Positions 62,041 through 64,000 of a stretch of 64,000 nt of DNA are shown one piece after another. The stretch spans positions 18,910,001 to 18,974,000 of the forward strand of contig CAIIXF020000001.1 of NCBI GenBank assembly GCA_903813345.2, in the 5' to 3' direction. The DNA comes from Owenia fusiformis (taxonomy: Eukaryota). Both the position numbers and the translations under genes were made by a program. Numbering within the stretch: position 1 is the first letter of the stretch; every line of letters begins with the position of its first letter. Under the pieces are notes generated by a model, which searched no databases, was not told the origin of the DNA, and worked only from the letters and a program-made list of their open reading frames with translations.

Positions 62041-64000
62041 TATAAAGTCATAATACTCAAGCCACCTAAATATAACTCTCATTAGGGATCGGATCAACAC
62101 GTCAAGTTCCATCAAAATATGTTATTCTGTATAATATTAGAAAGGTAGGGGTAAAATCTTGTTTTATTTTGTGAAACGAGCAATTTCTTTTGTTTCTGAG
62201 GCTTATTGATAAATTGATTCATTTTGAAGGAGGAGAGGGGGGGGGGGGGGGGGTCAGATTCATATTTTGATAGCTGTTGATTTATTGGACTCCCCCCTCC
62301 CCCAATACAGATATAAAACAACAGAAGTAATGTTATGCAGTTTAGTACATGTATTAAACATAAAGACTTTTTCTCATATAACAGGTGGATAATTAGAAAT
62401 CAGGGGAACCATAGAAACTGTAACCATGGAAACCATGTCCATCGGGAAACCTAACCTTTTCCCATAACAACTGAACCCAATTTCTTTCTCAATCAAAACA
62501 AAAACACTTTTTTCAACTACTAACATTTAAATAGGAATATAATACCGGATTGGTCATTGGTCTAAACAAACCAAATATTCTTTCCTTCAGTATTTGGCAC
62601 AAGACATTTTTCTGAAAAAATGGTCCCCTGAGTTCTAATTGTAATTTAATGAATCACAAAAAGGCTATATGCCTACCCTGTTTGGACTATTTGTATGTGT
62701 TTTTTCCTCAATAAGATATAACAAGAAGTACTGATTTGCACTGAATTCTACACATAATCACCTTTATTTGGTAAGTGGTTGCTAAGAAGTAATTTGATGA
62801 GCAAAGAACAGTGTAGTTCTAAATTTCATAATTAAAAAATTCTCACTAACAAAAAGTCTCTTTTTGGCGGGTATCATTTAAGTGTGGATTATAACTAAAA
62901 TTTAGAGCAATTTTTTAGATGGACCCAAATCAGCAATCTACAATTATAAAATTTCGTTTCATTTTTCTTGGGTGCAGAATGATCCTAAATTTACTCTACT
63001 AAAATGGTGTACAAAGTGGCTACATTAACCCCATAATCAAGGATTGGCTCTCGGAGTGCTTCATCGATATATGGGCATGTCGTGATTACAAAATTTCGCT
63101 TCAGCATATTTGAATTGTCTTATTTCCAAACAAAAAATTCCAAAACTGACAAGAAATGATTGAGATATTGGTTCAAATCTTGGACTGTTTATTTTAAAAT
63201 AGTCGGTTATAATATAGAAAATAACAACATTTTTACATTTTCATTGTTAGAAAATATTGAGTTTCGATCCTGGGAGCCAATCCTCCTTGTCTCATAATAA
63301 TACAAACAATGTACTTAAAGATAAATAAGAGAAAGTTCAAATGTGAAAAAAACATCAAAAACAATCTTCTCATCAAAACTCATCTCATTAAGTCTTGTGC
63401 GTGTAATTGCATTCATTTTTAACAACCAATTCATGTAATTTTATAGATCTATACAGTCAAAGTAAATAATTTATTGAAAAATATATTAATAAATATATAT
63501 GTAATAGACAGCATGCACAATGGTTTGCAAATATTTCTTTAACAAGAAGATAACATTTAACATGGGGATGAACAATCCTACTTCTCAATAAGATAAATAT
63601 CTATATAGTATTTAATCATGGCAATAATACAATCAGCATACATGTACATTTATATACATAAGTACATTACATTTTAAATTTACAATATAAGAAAGTACAT
63701 AATAAATTATTTTCTGTACAACATAAGTATAAATACAATAAATGAGTCTTTTAACCAAAAAGTGCTTGTTTTGCATCATGTCTCTGGATCCCTCCCCTGT
63801 AGTGAAGTGGGGGGGGGGTCTCAGAGGCTTGATGCAAAACTATCTAGAACTGATCAACACTGTTTTGTGTTGTGCTGTTGTGTTTTCACAACACTATGAA
63901 TCAATACGCACTCACTTCTATTATTAAACCAAGTCATGTAAATTCAAAGAACTCGAACGGATTACTATTTCCCCTCAAATGTTTTTTAAATGTACCCAAT

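Noticed and set aside
59250-64000. 3' end of a minus-strand gene beyond the window
   Set aside because: Composition is 3'-UTR-like with reverse AATAAA sites, but no coding exon could be identified.

Overview
AT-rich, intron-containing animal DNA (looks like a marine invertebrate, probably lophotrochozoan; this is inference only). Genes, assembled by hand from GT-AG splice sites with consistent phases: PIGW (- strand, runs off the left edge) head-to-head with a divergent TRABD-like gene (+, 8 coding exons, about 369 aa); a secreted signal peptide + Frizzled-CRD + laminin-G protein (-, about 359 aa) whose intron holds an antisense GT31 beta-1,3-galactosyltransferase pseudogene and a near-perfect 1249-bp tandem duplication that copies one coding exon; lipin (-, 15 coding exons, about 987 aa) with a 10-copy 65-bp array that multiplies one splice acceptor; an intact single-ORF CR1/L2-group LINE (2A-like peptide, PHD, APE, RT) just upstream of the lipin promoter; tRNA-Ser(GCT); and a divergent Gbx homeobox gene. 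Introns and intergenic DNA are full of non-autonomous DNA transposons (Transib-like with RSS-like CACGGTG ends, Harbinger, hAT-like, Tc1/mariner, pogo, CAAGG-ended MITEs, Crypton-like palindromic elements). The most unusual items are the CRD-LamG protein, the lipin acceptor array, the Transib-like element carrying an in-phase ATG mini-exon, and the signal-peptide/2A-like LINE N-terminus. No database searches were run, so all novelty claims need checking.
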